Below, piece by piece: positions 51,701 through 62,432 of a stretch of 64,000 nt of DNA (position 1 is its first letter; each line of letters starts with the position of its first letter). The stretch is from positions 469,597 to 533,596 of the forward strand of contig OW569359.1 of NCBI GenBank assembly GCA_937625935.1, given 5' to 3'. Origin of the DNA: Tetramitus jugosus. Lineage: Eukaryota > Protista > Heterolobosea. Below the pieces are notes generated by a model. It made no database searches, had not been told where the DNA came from, and saw nothing but the letters and a program-made list of their open reading frames with translations. A program made the position numbers and the translations under genes.

Positions 51701-54700
51701 GACAGTGATGGAATCACCATCAGTAGTAGCCTGAGCAACATTCCATTCCACAGCAGATTCTCTCCAATGAACTCTCTCATTGAGCGCAATTGCTACTGGT
51801 GCCTCGTTCGTGATAGAAATAGTGGCGGTTTGTTGAGCGAGAGAGGCACCATCGGAAACCTTGAATGTGAAACTAAAGCTTCCACCAATTAGGGATGCAG
51901 GAGGTACACCTGTAATCTTGGCGTTGTTGCCTTCAATTGTGATAGAAGATACAGCATTGGATGGAGAAACAGAACCAACGGAGTAAAGAGTGATTGTGTC
52001 TTCATTTGGATCTGAAGCACCTTGGACAAGATCGAAGAGCCTTCCATTCTTATAAGAGCTCCAATGGAAGCTGCCTGAGCGAGCAACAGGCAGTGGTGGG
52101 TCATTTGTTACAACAACATCGGCCAATTGAGTGAACTGGCTCACTCCATCAGTAATAGTAAAAGTGAATTGAATATCACCAGATCCTACGTATCTTAGTC
52201 CATTAACAGCATCAGCCAACACATAAACAACCTTTCCAGTGCTTGTATTAGGAGTGACTGTTCCCGTTCCCTTTGACCTAACAGCAGAAACCAAAGAGAC
52301 GCTATCCCCATTTGGATCAGAAGCAGGAGAAACGACATCCAATCCTCCATATGCACTATCAATCAGAACCCTCCAATGGCGCTGCAATGTGAGTCTTAGC
52401 ACTGTTGGTGGTGTGTTTGTCATTGTTACTGTTGCAGTAATAACAGAATCAGTAGTTCCATCAGTGTATCCAAATGCAAAAACATCGTCGCCAATAGTCT
52501 TTGGCAGTGGGACATATGTCACATTGCTATCACTGATTTTGTTGACTTGACCAGCTGGATTTGGTGTTGCTTGCTTAGTGGTCAATTGCAAAGGAGTTGC
52601 AGAAGTAATTCCTTCTGTCAAATCCAAACTGACGCCACTCTGGATATCATTCCAGTGGAATTGGAAGTATTTTTCACTCTCTGACACAGAGGTATACAAA
52701 ACAGTAATATCAAGTGTACTTGTTGTAGTTTCGAGTCCATCACTAATAACATAGACAAACTTATCAGTTCCAATATGACCATCCTTTGGCAGATAGAAAA
52801 TCTTGTTATTCTTGACTTCTGCAGTACCGTTATTCTTTGCATTTTGTGCTGGCAAAACAGACACAATACGAAGGTATGGAGAATCTTCAGCATCAGCATC
52901 TGAAGCCTTGGCAAGCACATCAACATTCATTCCTGTCTTAATGTATTGTGGACTCAACTCAAATGCAATCGCGGCGGCAACAGGAGGGTTGTTTTCAACG
53001 TTGACAGTTACAGAAGCAGTGGCAGATGAAACACTATCAGACAATGTGTATGTGAAAACTCCCTTTCCTTTGCTCCATGAAGTAGTGTTAGAGAATCTCA
53101 ATGTTGATGGATATCCAGAAACAGTGTTCACAACAACCTTGCCATTTCCATTCGTAGGTTGCGTAGCTGTCAAAGTTAGAGTATCTCCATCTGCATCATT
53201 CACAGAGGAGTATGGAGAAAATTCAGTGTAACCAGCATCTCTGAGTGTTCTCCAGTGAATAGGTCTTGAAAGATCAGAGGCAGAAGGCTTATTTGCATTA
53301 GTGACAGTTACTGATACAGTTGCAGGTTGAACTGATTGCTCAATATCCTTGATGAAATAGGTGAAAGTGGCAGTTCCCAATTTTGGTGTAGCAGGCACTG
53401 TGAACTTCATCAATCCTCTCACATTGTCCTCAACGACTGCAGATCCAATTGTGGATGGATTTGCTGCAGTAGAGGAAGAGATTGTGAATGGATCATTGTT
53501 GGCATCATTGTCATTTGAGAAGACATTGAATGAGGCGCTTCCAGTTCTCCAATGGAGGGAGTAGATGTCATTAACAGCCACAGGTTTTGCGTTGGTGATT
53601 GTGATAGTAACAGTACCCTCAGTCCACTTATTCCAATCAGAGGCAACATACTTGAAGGTAGCAGAACCAACAATAGTCTGACTTGGGATGTAGTGTATTC
53701 CGGTTCTACCATTAGGGAGAGTAATAATACTTGCAGAACCACTGGTTGGAGTGGTGAAAGATTTAACATAGAGTGGGTCTTGCTCTGAATCGCTGTCATT
53801 GGCTAGAACATCAATAATGACACCATCAGTTGATCTCCAATGAACTGTACCAGAATCAGCGACAACCTTTGGAGCTGAATTTGTGATCGTAATTGTAACA
53901 GTAGCTGGAGAGACACTGGTATCGACTTCATCTGTTACGAAGTAGGTGAATGAATCAGTTCCAACAACACCATCAATTGGAACATACAAGAATTTGTTAC
54001 CACTCAAAGTGACGGATCCCTTGGTTGGATCAGTGAATGAAAGCACTCTAAGGACATCACCGTCATCATCGACATCATTATCCAATGGGCTAATGACAAC
54101 AGATCGATTCCAAAAAGTGGTGGCAGAATCTGCAACAGCAACTGGAATGGAATTCTTAATATCAACTTGAACCTTAGCAGTTGCACTCAATCCGAGATCA
54201 TCAGAAACAGTGTACTCGAATCCGACTGATCCAATAGTAGAAGAAGCTTGGAAAACAACCTTCTTCTTATCACCTGAAATGGTAATGGCAGCAGCACCTA
54301 CAGGGGAAGAAGCAGAAACAGCAGTAATAGTCATAGGATCATTGTTAGGCTCCACATCATTATCCAAAACGCTGATTGTAACAGACTTCTTCTTGGTGAC
54401 AGTAGAAACGTCATCCTTTGGAATTGGCGCTTCGTTGAAAACAGTAACAGAAACAGAGCCAACATCAGTCAAACTCTTTGAAGCAGTCATCACGACATCT
54501 CTCACAGTGTAATCAAAAGTGTCAACACCAACAAATCCAGTTGGTGGAGTGTATCTCAAAACCTTGGCAGAGACCTTGGTGACCTTGCCTCCCTTGGTAG
54601 TTGTGATCGTACCATCAAGTGCAAGTTCCAAGTCGTCACCATTAGGATCAGCATCATTGGAAATGACATCGATATCAGCCTTGTTGTTTCTGCTGCACTC

Positions 54701-56077
54701 TGCAACATCATCCTTGGCAATAGGTGCATCATTTTGAATCTTGAAGTAGATGAAACCAGTTGATTCATCATAAGAGTCAGTCACTCTGAATTGAATGAAA
54801 TCATCTCTGTCATTACCCTTGTCTGGAGTATACAGGAAGTCATAGTAGTAAGTCTTGACATCAAACCAAGTTTCACCAGCGTACAATACTTGTGTTGTTC
54901 CAGAACTTTCGATCAAACGAATAGTACCGTACTTTGGTTGTTGAATGATGGAAGCAGTCACTACATCCAACTCATCAATATCATCAAAAGTGAGACTGCC
55001 TCTGTTTTCCTCACTATTCTTCTTGAATGTAAAAGTTTGATTCAATGCAGTAGGAGCAGTGTTGTAGACTTCAATGGTAGCAAAGGAAGTACTGGTCAAT
55101 GGCTCAAAATCACTGATTTGGTACTCAATGCTGTCATAGTATGGTTCAGTGGTTGGAGCAGCTGTGTAAGTCACAATAGTAGCATCACGATTCAAAGTGG
55201 TGATACCTCTGGAGAAACCAATATAGGTAATGTTGATTGTATCGCCATTGACATCATAATCATTGGCCAATAAATCTAAAGTATGAACAAGATTCTTTCT
55301 CAATCGGAAAGTATCGACTTGAGCAACGGGAGCATCGTTTTTCAAGGTAAAAGTCAGAGTTCCGTTACAAGTCTCATTTCTATCAGTTACAAAGTACACG
55401 AGTGACTCAGTGAGACTGAATCCGTGTGCAGGTGTATAGTAAATGGTCTTGTTATCGAAATGAGCAGATCCACTGACAGAAGGCTGAGTAACATCCAACA
55501 AGAACAACTCGTCATTGTCCACATCAGACACTTGCTTTCCGTTTTGTTCAATGGAGAACACATTGTAGGAATTGTCTTGAGAATTTCTTGACACTTCAAA
55601 CTCAAAATCAGCACATTCTGGAGCACGATTCAACACTGTTACATTGACATAACCCTGGGAAGAGAGTTTATCGTTGGTGACAGTGTATTCGAATCCATCC
55701 ATACCAGCATATTCACCATTGCCCTTATAGGTCAATGATGTCTGATCAGTATTGATGGTAACTTGGCCAAAAGTAGGCTGGGTAACCTTGGAAATCTTGA
55801 GTGCGGATCCTTTTGGATCTTTATCGTTACTCAATGGATAAATCATGAGGGAATCTGGTTTGTAAACAGTGACGAAATCTGGTCTAGTAATGGGTGGTTG
55901 ATAACCAACACCAGTACCAATCAAAATGACTGTAGCTACGGTTGCAGCAATGACAACACTTGTGACGACAATACCTACGATTGTTTGACCAAGTGTTCCA
56001 AGCTTGAGCAGGGAAACGTTGGCGGCATTCATGCCAACAGTTTGCTGAGTGGACGAAATAATAACGTTATCGTCCAT
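48764..56077 (-). CDS. Giant (2437 aa) type II membrane adhesin-like protein: about 20 cadherin-like/Big_9 repeats, vWA domain, C-terminal beta-rich domain
   Basis: N-terminal TM helix; repeats 'NxAPxAxxD...NDxDxxxDxL...YTP...G.D.F.Y.V.D'; MIDAS 'VFVLDGSGSVG...GSTN...IFDGEP'. Confidence 0.9.
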   Translation of the reverse strand: MDDNVIISSTQQTVGMNAANVSLLKLGTLGQTIVGIVVTSVVIAATVATVILIGTGVGYQPPITRPDFVTVYKPDSLMIYPLSNDKDPKGSALKISKVTQPTFGQVTINTDQTSLTYKGNGEYAGMDGFEYTVTNDKLSSQGYVNVTVLNRAPECADFEFEVSRNSQDNSYNVFSIEQNGKQVSDVDNDELFLLDVTQPSVSGSAHFDNKTIYYTPAHGFSLTESLVYFVTDRNETCNGTLTFTLKNDAPVAQVDTFRLRKNLVHTLDLLANDYDVNGDTINITYIGFSRGITTLNRDATIVTYTAAPTTEPYYDSIEYQISDFEPLTSTSFATIEVYNTAPTALNQTFTFKKNSEENRGSLTFDDIDELDVVTASIIQQPKYGTIRLIESSGTTQVLYAGETWFDVKTYYYDFLYTPDKGNDRDDFIQFRVTDSYDESTGFIYFKIQNDAPIAKDDVAECSRNNKADIDVISNDADPNGDDLELALDGTITTTKGGKVTKVSAKVLRYTPPTGFVGVDTFDYTVRDVVMTASKSLTDVGSVSVTVFNEAPIPKDDVSTVTKKKSVTISVLDNDVEPNNDPMTITAVSASSPVGAAAITISGDKKKVVFQASSTIGSVGFEYTVSDDLGLSATAKVQVDIKNSIPVAVADSATTFWNRSVVISPLDNDVDDDGDVLRVLSFTDPTKGSVTLSGNKFLYVPIDGVVGTDSFTYFVTDEVDTSVSPATVTITITNSAPKVVADSGTVHWRSTDGVIIDVLANDSDSEQDPLYVKSFTTPTSGSASIITLPNGRTGIHYIPSQTIVGSATFKYVASDWNKWTEGTVTITITNAKPVAVNDIYSLHWRTGSASFNVFSNDNDANNDPFTISSSTAANPSTIGSAVVEDNVRGLMKFTVPATPKLGTATFTYFIKDIEQSVQPATVSVTVTNANKPSASDLSRPIHWRTLRDAGYTEFSPYSSVNDADGDTLTLTATQPTNGNGKVVVNTVSGYPSTLRFSNTTSWSKGKGVFTYTLSDSVSSATASVTVNVENNPPVAAAIAFELSPQYIKTGMNVDVLAKASDADAEDSPYLRIVSVLPAQNAKNNGTAEVKNNKIFYLPKDGHIGTDKFVYVISDGLETTTSTLDITVLYTSVSESEKYFQFHWNDIQSGVSLDLTEGITSATPLQLTTKQATPNPAGQVNKISDSNVTYVPLPKTIGDDVFAFGYTDGTTDSVITATVTMTNTPPTVLRLTLQRHWRVLIDSAYGGLDVVSPASDPNGDSVSLVSAVRSKGTGTVTPNTSTGKVVYVLADAVNGLRYVGSGDIQFTFTITDGVSQFTQLADVVVTNDPPLPVARSGSFHWSSYKNGRLFDLVQGASDPNEDTITLYSVGSVSPSNAVSSITIEGNNAKITGVPPASLIGGSFSFTFKVSDGASLAQQTATISITNEAPVAIALNERVHWRESAVEWNVAQATTDGDSITVKSITSSLGTITSGRVSSPSGTSKIVYNPTSSLGIEKLTYTLTDGIQDVVAVGTIEVYNNAPVAKTYTGGYHWRSVSSLTFSAKADATDDDVLDKSNLSIQTNFDGLNNGDAATVNAAGVITVTPGLTSKAAGKLTVKYYVTDGKAVSTGLIQLTFTNAPPIASDKNISLKRFYGVSRYTLTGDNSLMITPAIDSNSDPLTLTVVSGGQKKAGTQFDVDITIASEYSTSPQTVEFVYNDGIVNSQKATATIGFTNDAPVCQDAELVLMKGETKSITVQCNDGNNDPITISTPNPLPSQLTRDGNTFTFKAPTGTRVTHTVPFIGKDGVGASGSATLTVRVSSQLPISKDYTWNLLARRDSNSDSLAYQSVTGAYDPDGDALTFSVRSWNCQAGSTPVTTGISVSFNSAKQLVFTRPFTFSSGTCQVVVRSTDLDSDYVEKNVNIVITTQGLNAVGRSITVDHKEGTFFSLTDAQVMLNDNDPLGGTLIFTKFYTNSADCTSSTGFCGNTQPTNPSSGTWRFSQTSVECQTQRFRYEFTSAQDPAQKGYAILDVRFQKCTCVKPLDIVFVLDGSGSVGASNFNSMVSFVRDIVAPLDIGTGDTQVQVGIVLFDGGVDTRLALSGVRSTVNTAINNLKWPQGSTNIRSAVLRAEQLLLAGRGPEIPKMIITIFDGEPNVPCSCSNCNSAAHIGNAEKCKSTRYPSRTCSDCSSGNPLKCNPCGDVLTESLRINSRKPGHELGYWRIMSIGVGPFLSNKSARDLIGDLSYDSSLSLAVDWNQLNTIVETIQSQSCDLVDTSTPSKIFTETAEIQLYCGQIIGISQSTNNWFVQDTSSTIKLTDVDFNPSDNRGNLFQITNCGSFGTKLTYSSSYFSLWSLATQKYVTVASDGILYASSDSVPSVTFTFTVSSGNIKTWTNLRLYTSTGKYILSNAAKAYTSSSYTTLFVQSVSYNNIAYRVGLPAALAFKTPITNVAMEGAA

Positions 56078-57562
56078 CTTTTAGAACTAAAGCGAAAGTT
56101 TATAGTATTACAGGAAGAATTAGCGAGTTCTTTGTGTGTTTGTATGTGTATGGGAATATGGTTTTTAGAGAGTCAACGCGAGCAACAAACGTTTGAAAAA
56201 CGAAAAAAAGATTTGGCATGTGACACGACACCACAGTCAACCTCGACATTCCAAAATGAAGGATTCATCTCCCGAGGGGTATCTCGGAACGGCGGGTCGA
56301 TGTCTTGTTTTGGTTCTCTTGATGTCTCATTGGATGAAACTTGATGTTTAGCGCATCCGATTACCCGATGAATCGGACATTATCGCAAACAACGGCGAGA
56401 AAAAACTGACCGAAACGACAACAAGAGCGAAAAATATGTGATGTGTGGGTTTTTGGTGATGTTTTGTTGATGACAGCATGATGTGATTTTTATTCCTTGC
56501 ACTTATGAAGTTTCAGGATTCCAACTTCAAGTTGATTTCAGAGAGTTGTTATTTTTCCTGCCATCATTACAATTTCTGCAATTTTTGATTTTATTTCAAG
56601 GTGGTTAACACTTTCTGGTAAGAGGTCGCGACAGAACTGACTTGCCAACATACTTTTCAACAAATGTAACCAGGACGATTCTGGATAATAATCTCATCTC
56701 TTTCCCACAATGTTTTCGTTAATTTTTGTGGTCTGGACAATGAACCAAACAAGAGGTTTGTCTATCTGATGGTTTCAATCTAATTACTGTAACCAAAACT
56801 CAAAAGTGCACCGAGGACATTCTTTGTAAACTTCTTTTTGGAACCAAAGCAGTTTTCTGTAAATTTCGCAGAATCTGAGAAAAAAATTTTAACTTGTGTC
56901 TGCAAGAGCACCATATCATTCGATGGATCGATTCCCTTCAATGAGAGTACTCAGCCACCACCCACCACTTCCTCGAGGAACCAACACCCATTCAAAATTC
57001 TGTGGCAGAATTGTACCTCCTCAAAAGGCTCCTTCGATGGTTGGTTTCTTGAAACGAACCACCATTGTAACCTCCTAAGCGACGGAAGTTACAGTTTGGG
57101 ATCAGCTTTGACATATGTCACTCCGTTTACAGATCACCCTCACTTGTTATATCACTCCCACCACTACAGCATTGATTTTTGAACAAAATTCTCCGAATTT
57201 GAGTGACGTTTATTGGGATTTTCAAAAATGGACAAAGAATAGGAAGAATATCCGACCGAATATGTTTCTTCTCCCTCCTTTGGCGAAATGCTCTACTTTT
57301 TATGGAGAATGTCGAGCGAGATTATGAGATAAAAATTTGATGTTCTCGTTTCTCCATGATCCGTGACACTTTTTCTGAAGTGTGACACCTCGTTCGACCA
57401 TTCTCGATCTATCCGATGAGGAAGGGAACTCCTTGTTAGGTGAAGACTGCTTAGCTATCAGCTACCACTGAGAAGAAACGACAAGAAAGAGGAAGAGGAG
57501 TGGCAGCTTTCCACAGAAGAAGAATTCAAAGTGAACAACAAGAATAACAAACAACAAACAAT

Positions 57563-60064
57563 ATGCCAATATTCCATTGTGACAATATCAGAGTCAAGAA
57601 CCTTGCTGTTTCTTCATCGTCACCTCCATCAAATGGATGGGATTGTATTAGAGCAGGCATGAATGGAGCTACAGGGATTGGAATCGTGTGGCTTTGTCTC
57701 ACAGAGCAAAATGAGCTAGGTAATCCCATCAAAGTTGGAAAGCAGACGGGTAGCAGCATCATCTTGGAAACGAGTGATGAAAGAGTTCCATTGGACGCAG
57801 TGTCCTTCAAGAAAAATGTAACCAGACTGTATCAAGAAACGTTTGGGCTTGAGATTCATCTGGACGTACATGAGTTACCGACTTGGGAGTCGAAGAATGC
57901 TATTGAGGTGCCACAACAAGCAGGTGATAAAGAAAAATTTATCAACTCGTTCGAGCGCCTACTAAAGAAGATTTCTCTGTATGGGTACAGCAAGGACGAC
58001 AAGAACACATTTGGCTTTATTTGTGAACTGTTGGAGGAGATCAAGGATGTTGAGCTATTGGATAAAGTCAAGGATGTTGAAATGGATGAAGTCAGTAGTA
58101 GTTTGAGCATTGGAGAGAACCTAGACGTGAAAGAAGACAACTTTATCAAGGATATGCTCAACAGATACAATTTTATCCTTGTGCTGTTGGTTACTGCTTT
58201 GATTCTCATTGGTCTAGCAACAGGTCTCATCGCATTCTTCACACTACAGGGCAAATCCAAGAGAGCAGCAAAGACGGCTCTAGAGAGGTACGCTCAAACA
58301 CAAGCTGATATCTTGCAAAAGGAGTTGGACAAGAGTGTTTTGGTTGCGATTAACATCAAAGGATTGTTCGAAGTGGATCCTCTTGTACAATACTCCAGTT
58401 TTGAAGCGTTTATCAACACGACGGAAGTTCGAACGAGAAACCCTGGAATCAACACAATTGCCTATTGTCCGCAGATTAAGCAGGCAGATATTACCTCAGC
58501 CCAAAATGAAATTCGGACCTCATTGGACAGCCGATATGAGAACTTTACTATTTTTGACATGGATAATTCATTTAATCATATTCCACTGCGCAGCATGTCA
58601 TTGTACACACCATTGTTGTTCAGTGACCCATTCGTTGATTTTCTGATTGGTTATGACATTGGTGCCTCTGTTGCTTTCAAATTGGATGCCATCGACAGAG
58701 CAAGAGTCAGTAAGCAGAGTGCTGCCACATCAAAGACCTTCTTTACCGTTCCTGGACTAGGAGAAAGACCTGTTTGTGAGATGTATTGTCCAGTGATCAA
58801 AAATGGAGAAATCACGGGTTTCTCTGGCGTTTCTTTCTTCATCTCGACGATGGTTGACGCTGCCTTTTCGGACTATGTATTGAGTCGTGTTGACGTGTTA
58901 TTGATGGATGATGATGTTAGTGATGAAAAGAGCGATGCTCACTATTTGCATTCTACAACTGGTGCATTGACTTATGCAGCTTCTCAGAAGAGCATCAATA
59001 AGGTCCCTTTCACCGCATCACAGACTGTGTTCATGGCTGATAGACAATGGAGAGCAGTTTTCCTTCCAACGAAGACCTTCTTGAGAACCAATGAGGGATA
59101 TGAGAAGTGGATTGGATTGTTCGTTCCACTAGCTGTCTGTGTGATTCTGTCCTTTGTGTTAGCTCTGTTGATCAAGGGTTCCGAGTACTCGGCCAAGATG
59201 AGAGAGATGGCAAGGGAGCGTGTTATCATTTTAGAAACGGCCCAGAGGAGGCTTCAAAACTTGTTGGATTCCATCGCAACACAAGAGAAGAAGACACGTA
59301 TCATTATTAACACATTGACCGATGCTGTTATTGTGACTGATGAACATGGTAAACTTCTCAAGATTAACAATAGTTTTGAGAAGATGTTTGGAATGAACGA
59401 AGTGGACATTCATAACAATTCCCTACAGAACATTTTTGTTGAAGATGACATTAGAATCATGTTGGTTGACAATCCTATTGGCATCGACACTCAGGCAAAG
59501 AATCAATTTGGAAAGACATTCCCTGTTCAAGTCTTCTCCCAGAGTTTGTCCAAGCAACACGGTGCTGAAGAAGCTTTTGTGTTATCTGTTAGAAACATGT
59601 CAGACAAAGAGAAAATGCTGCGAGATCTTGCAGGCCAAAAGGATAAAATTAAGAACTTGGAAGAGAAAGCTGAGTTTGATAGCCAGTTTGCCGTGGAGTC
59701 ATTCAGAAAAGAGTTACTCGAATTCTGCACGCGTGAGATCAACTCTGAAAATGTCGAATTCCTTATTGCATTGCTTGAATATAAGAGTTTGCCATTCAAC
59801 TTGCGTGCAGAGAGAAAGGTGGTCATCTTCAACAAATTCCTCAAGATTGGTGCACAAAAACAATTGAACATCTCCAAGGAGATTTCGGACAGAATTGAAC
59901 ACAAGGTTAAGAAGTCCAAGACTGCTGATACTGACTTGTTCGAGCACGTTGAAGATATTGTGAAGGGTATGATCATACCAGACAGTTATCCCAGATTCAA
60001 GAAACACCAAGAGAAAAACAGGAAAACACCTACTGACTCTTCCTCGTCTGAAGATAGAACGTGA
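57563..60064 (+). CDS. Membrane receptor-like protein: TM-CHASE-TM-coiled coil-PAS-RGS
   Basis: CHASE 'NPGINTIAYCPQI...YTPLLFSDP...LIGYD...AIDRAR...ADRQW'; PAS 'DAVIVTDEHGKLLKINNSFEKMFG...GKTFPV'; RGS 'EFCTREINSENVEFL...FL..GA.KQLNIS...DSYPRF'. Confidence 0.9.
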   Translation: MPIFHCDNIRVKNLAVSSSSPPSNGWDCIRAGMNGATGIGIVWLCLTEQNELGNPIKVGKQTGSSIILETSDERVPLDAVSFKKNVTRLYQETFGLEIHLDVHELPTWESKNAIEVPQQAGDKEKFINSFERLLKKISLYGYSKDDKNTFGFICELLEEIKDVELLDKVKDVEMDEVSSSLSIGENLDVKEDNFIKDMLNRYNFILVLLVTALILIGLATGLIAFFTLQGKSKRAAKTALERYAQTQADILQKELDKSVLVAINIKGLFEVDPLVQYSSFEAFINTTEVRTRNPGINTIAYCPQIKQADITSAQNEIRTSLDSRYENFTIFDMDNSFNHIPLRSMSLYTPLLFSDPFVDFLIGYDIGASVAFKLDAIDRARVSKQSAATSKTFFTVPGLGERPVCEMYCPVIKNGEITGFSGVSFFISTMVDAAFSDYVLSRVDVLLMDDDVSDEKSDAHYLHSTTGALTYAASQKSINKVPFTASQTVFMADRQWRAVFLPTKTFLRTNEGYEKWIGLFVPLAVCVILSFVLALLIKGSEYSAKMREMARERVIILETAQRRLQNLLDSIATQEKKTRIIINTLTDAVIVTDEHGKLLKINNSFEKMFGMNEVDIHNNSLQNIFVEDDIRIMLVDNPIGIDTQAKNQFGKTFPVQVFSQSLSKQHGAEEAFVLSVRNMSDKEKMLRDLAGQKDKIKNLEEKAEFDSQFAVESFRKELLEFCTREINSENVEFLIALLEYKSLPFNLRAERKVVIFNKFLKIGAQKQLNISKEISDRIEHKVKKSKTADTDLFEHVEDIVKGMIIPDSYPRFKKHQEKNRKTPTDSSSSEDRT

Positions 60065-60241
60065 TCAAGAAGGAGTCACGATAATAAATGTGTTTTCGAA
60101 TCATTTTGTTCAGTTTTGTAGGTATTGAGAATTTATTGCAGTTGAAATCCCACACTCTCCCTCAAGCTCGTCAGACCAGAGGTAGATATGATTCATATGA
60201 ACGAGACAAAGTACACTTGATGACTATAGAATGATATGTGT

Positions 60242-61036
60242 TTACTTTGACTTGACCTTCTGGCCAGATGCAGTGGTAGTGGTATCAGCTGCCAATGGCT
60301 GATTTTCTCTTCCCCAATCACTAACCAGCTGCTTACGAACGAACAACAACATGATTGCAATCTGAGCTATGGAGAAGAAGCACCAGATAGAACCCTGTTC
60401 CATCAAATTAGATGTGATCAAACTAGCAGTGTATGGTCCAAAGAGGAATAAGAATATAGCCTGGATCACCTGACCCTTCTTCTCATAGAGAGCAAAGTAT
60501 GGAGCAAACATGCAGAATGAGTGGATTGCTGTACCTGGGATAATATATGTTGGATCGGCCATTGGAACAGCCCAAGCCAAATGATAATTGCCTCTGAACG
60601 TACATATCTTGTGTCCTCTTAACCATTCTGTGGAAGGATTAATTTGTGTGTCAACACCAGGCCATACTCCAGAGAGAAGAAATCGACCAAATAGCATTAA
60701 TCCTCCAATCAAACACAATCGTTTGATCACTACATAACGCTCCAGATACTTTGCATTCGTGGTCATACTAGCATTAATGAAATGACAGAAATACGGTTGC
60801 AGACAAATGTGTAGAAATCCCAACACTGTCAACACCTTGTTTACACTTGTGTCACAAACTGGACTATCAATGTTTTCTGCAATGAATAAGTATTGTATGG
60901 CTTGTAACAGCTCCATACTAAAGAAGAAGAACACACCGGATGCCAGTGCAGTATTTGTAGTTCTAGAGTAGATCCACCATGTTATGAATAATCCAACAGC
61001 TGCAAAGGAAGCAGACATGCCCATTGAGAAACACAT
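60242..61036 (-). CDS. Multi-pass (about 7 TM) membrane protein, DUF5765-like
   Basis: 'MCFS...S', 'FFSMELLQAIQY', 'C...N..LT.LGFLHICLQP', 'SIWCFFS'. Confidence 0.6.
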   Translation of the reverse strand: MCFSMGMSASFAAVGLFITWWIYSRTTNTALASGVFFFFSMELLQAIQYLFIAENIDSPVCDTSVNKVLTVLGFLHICLQPYFCHFINASMTTNAKYLERYVVIKRLCLIGGLMLFGRFLLSGVWPGVDTQINPSTEWLRGHKICTFRGNYHLAWAVPMADPTYIIPGTAIHSFCMFAPYFALYEKKGQVIQAIFLFLFGPYTASLITSNLMEQGSIWCFFSIAQIAIMLLFVRKQLVSDWGRENQPLAADTTTTASGQKVKSK

Positions 61037-61720
61037 GTGTATATTTATTGGTGCCGTTGTTGTTCTGTTGTTGTTCTGTTGTTGTTGTTGTTTTGATTGT
61101 TTTGATTGTGTTGATTGTGTGAACTAATTTCTCCGATGTGCAACAGGTTCAGCATGATGGAATATGATCTGACGTCAACACGTTCAATCTTTATGTGCCA
61201 TGTGTTTCACAAGCCAACATTGGCGGGAAAATTTCTAGATGCCGCCACTGAACAAGATTCGCATCGATTGGACAATCTTGGGGACAAGAAAAAAAAGAGG
61301 CTGATGGTTCAGAGAGGGATTTTTTTCAAAATAAAATCAATCCAATAGCATGTTTACCAAACACGGTACAGGTTTGAACAGTAAGAAACGTATTTATCAT
61401 GATCAGAAGGCCTCTTTAAGCACAGATGTAAACAACTCGTTGTTGTTGAACTGCAATGGTACCTCTGTAAATAGAACCATCTGGGATTTCTGAACAAGAA
61501 AGGAAAGAAGATGTTGACAGAAGCAAGACGTGGATGTATTGGGAGGGGGCAGCATTATCGCTGGTCATAAAAATCAATCAGTTCATCAATCATTGTCAAT
61601 ACTGTGAAAACATCACACCAAACACGGCAGCCACTTCTCCAGCAATAACACCCTCTGCTAACCAAGAAAAGGAATCGTCCATTGAAGACCATCAATTAAG
61701 AACTTGCTGATAAGATCAGA

Positions 61721-61764
61721 TATGTGACACAGACCAACTTCTCTATGTGACATAGACCAACTTC
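61721..61764 (+). repeat. Two-copy direct repeat, 23-bp period
   Basis: tatgtgacacagaccaacttc / tatgtgacatagaccaacttc. Confidence 0.85.
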
Positions 61765-62410
61765 AATTTATCATTCGGTATCGAACTATAGTATAACTCT
61801 GGTCTGTCATGAAATTCGTTGCTGATCAGAAGTCTTGGGAAAGAAAGTATTAGGAACTTGAGGAGTTGCATCATTGACGGAGAATTAATATCTTTTCTGA
61901 CTTACTGAAAGTATCATCCTTTAGAGAGGATCCAAGATTTTCTAACTGAGAGGACATAGCTTCGTTATATGACCATGGAGGATACCCATTTTGAGAAGTT
62001 TTATCAGGACGCGTCCTCTTGCTTGTACATGAGGTATGTCATGAGAAAGAAGGCGAAGAGCTACAATGACTTCAAATTGGTTATAGTCGGGATCCTCGAG
62101 GAACCGAGATCAAGGCATGAAGGATGTAAGATCAGGTAAGCTACTCCTAAAGCTCAATCAAGCATACAATGAAGAACTTGATATCCAAAGATTGAAAATA
62201 CTCTTGATGAATCCCTCTCCATCGAGCCGATAAATTCAAGGAATATGAGTTTTGGATCACCTACAAGTACAAGAGTTCAAGTATTGATATGAATATCAAG
62301 CAAGAATTGATTCAAAAGACTGCAGTCCAAATTAGGATTTACTTGGAGATCCAAAAACTAAAAGAGAAAATGGCGAGGGGTAATCAAACAAAATAACCTG
62401 ATTACAAGAG

Positions 62411-62432
62411 GTTGGGGTTTGGGTTTGGGTTG
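62411..62432 (+). repeat. Short interstitial telomeric tract
   Basis: gttggggtttgggtttgggttg, same orientation as the terminal array. Confidence 0.85.

Noticed and set aside
56590-57330. Sm-site-like AATTTTTGTG, a TCCCACAA word and short ORFs in the long intergenic region
   Set aside because: No snRNA-specific motifs or convincing folds; the ORFs lack ATG starts or recognisable homology.
248-60010. Numerous short antisense and alternate-frame ORFs in the ORF track
   Set aside because: They overlap well-supported genes and reflect codon bias or trinucleotide tracts.
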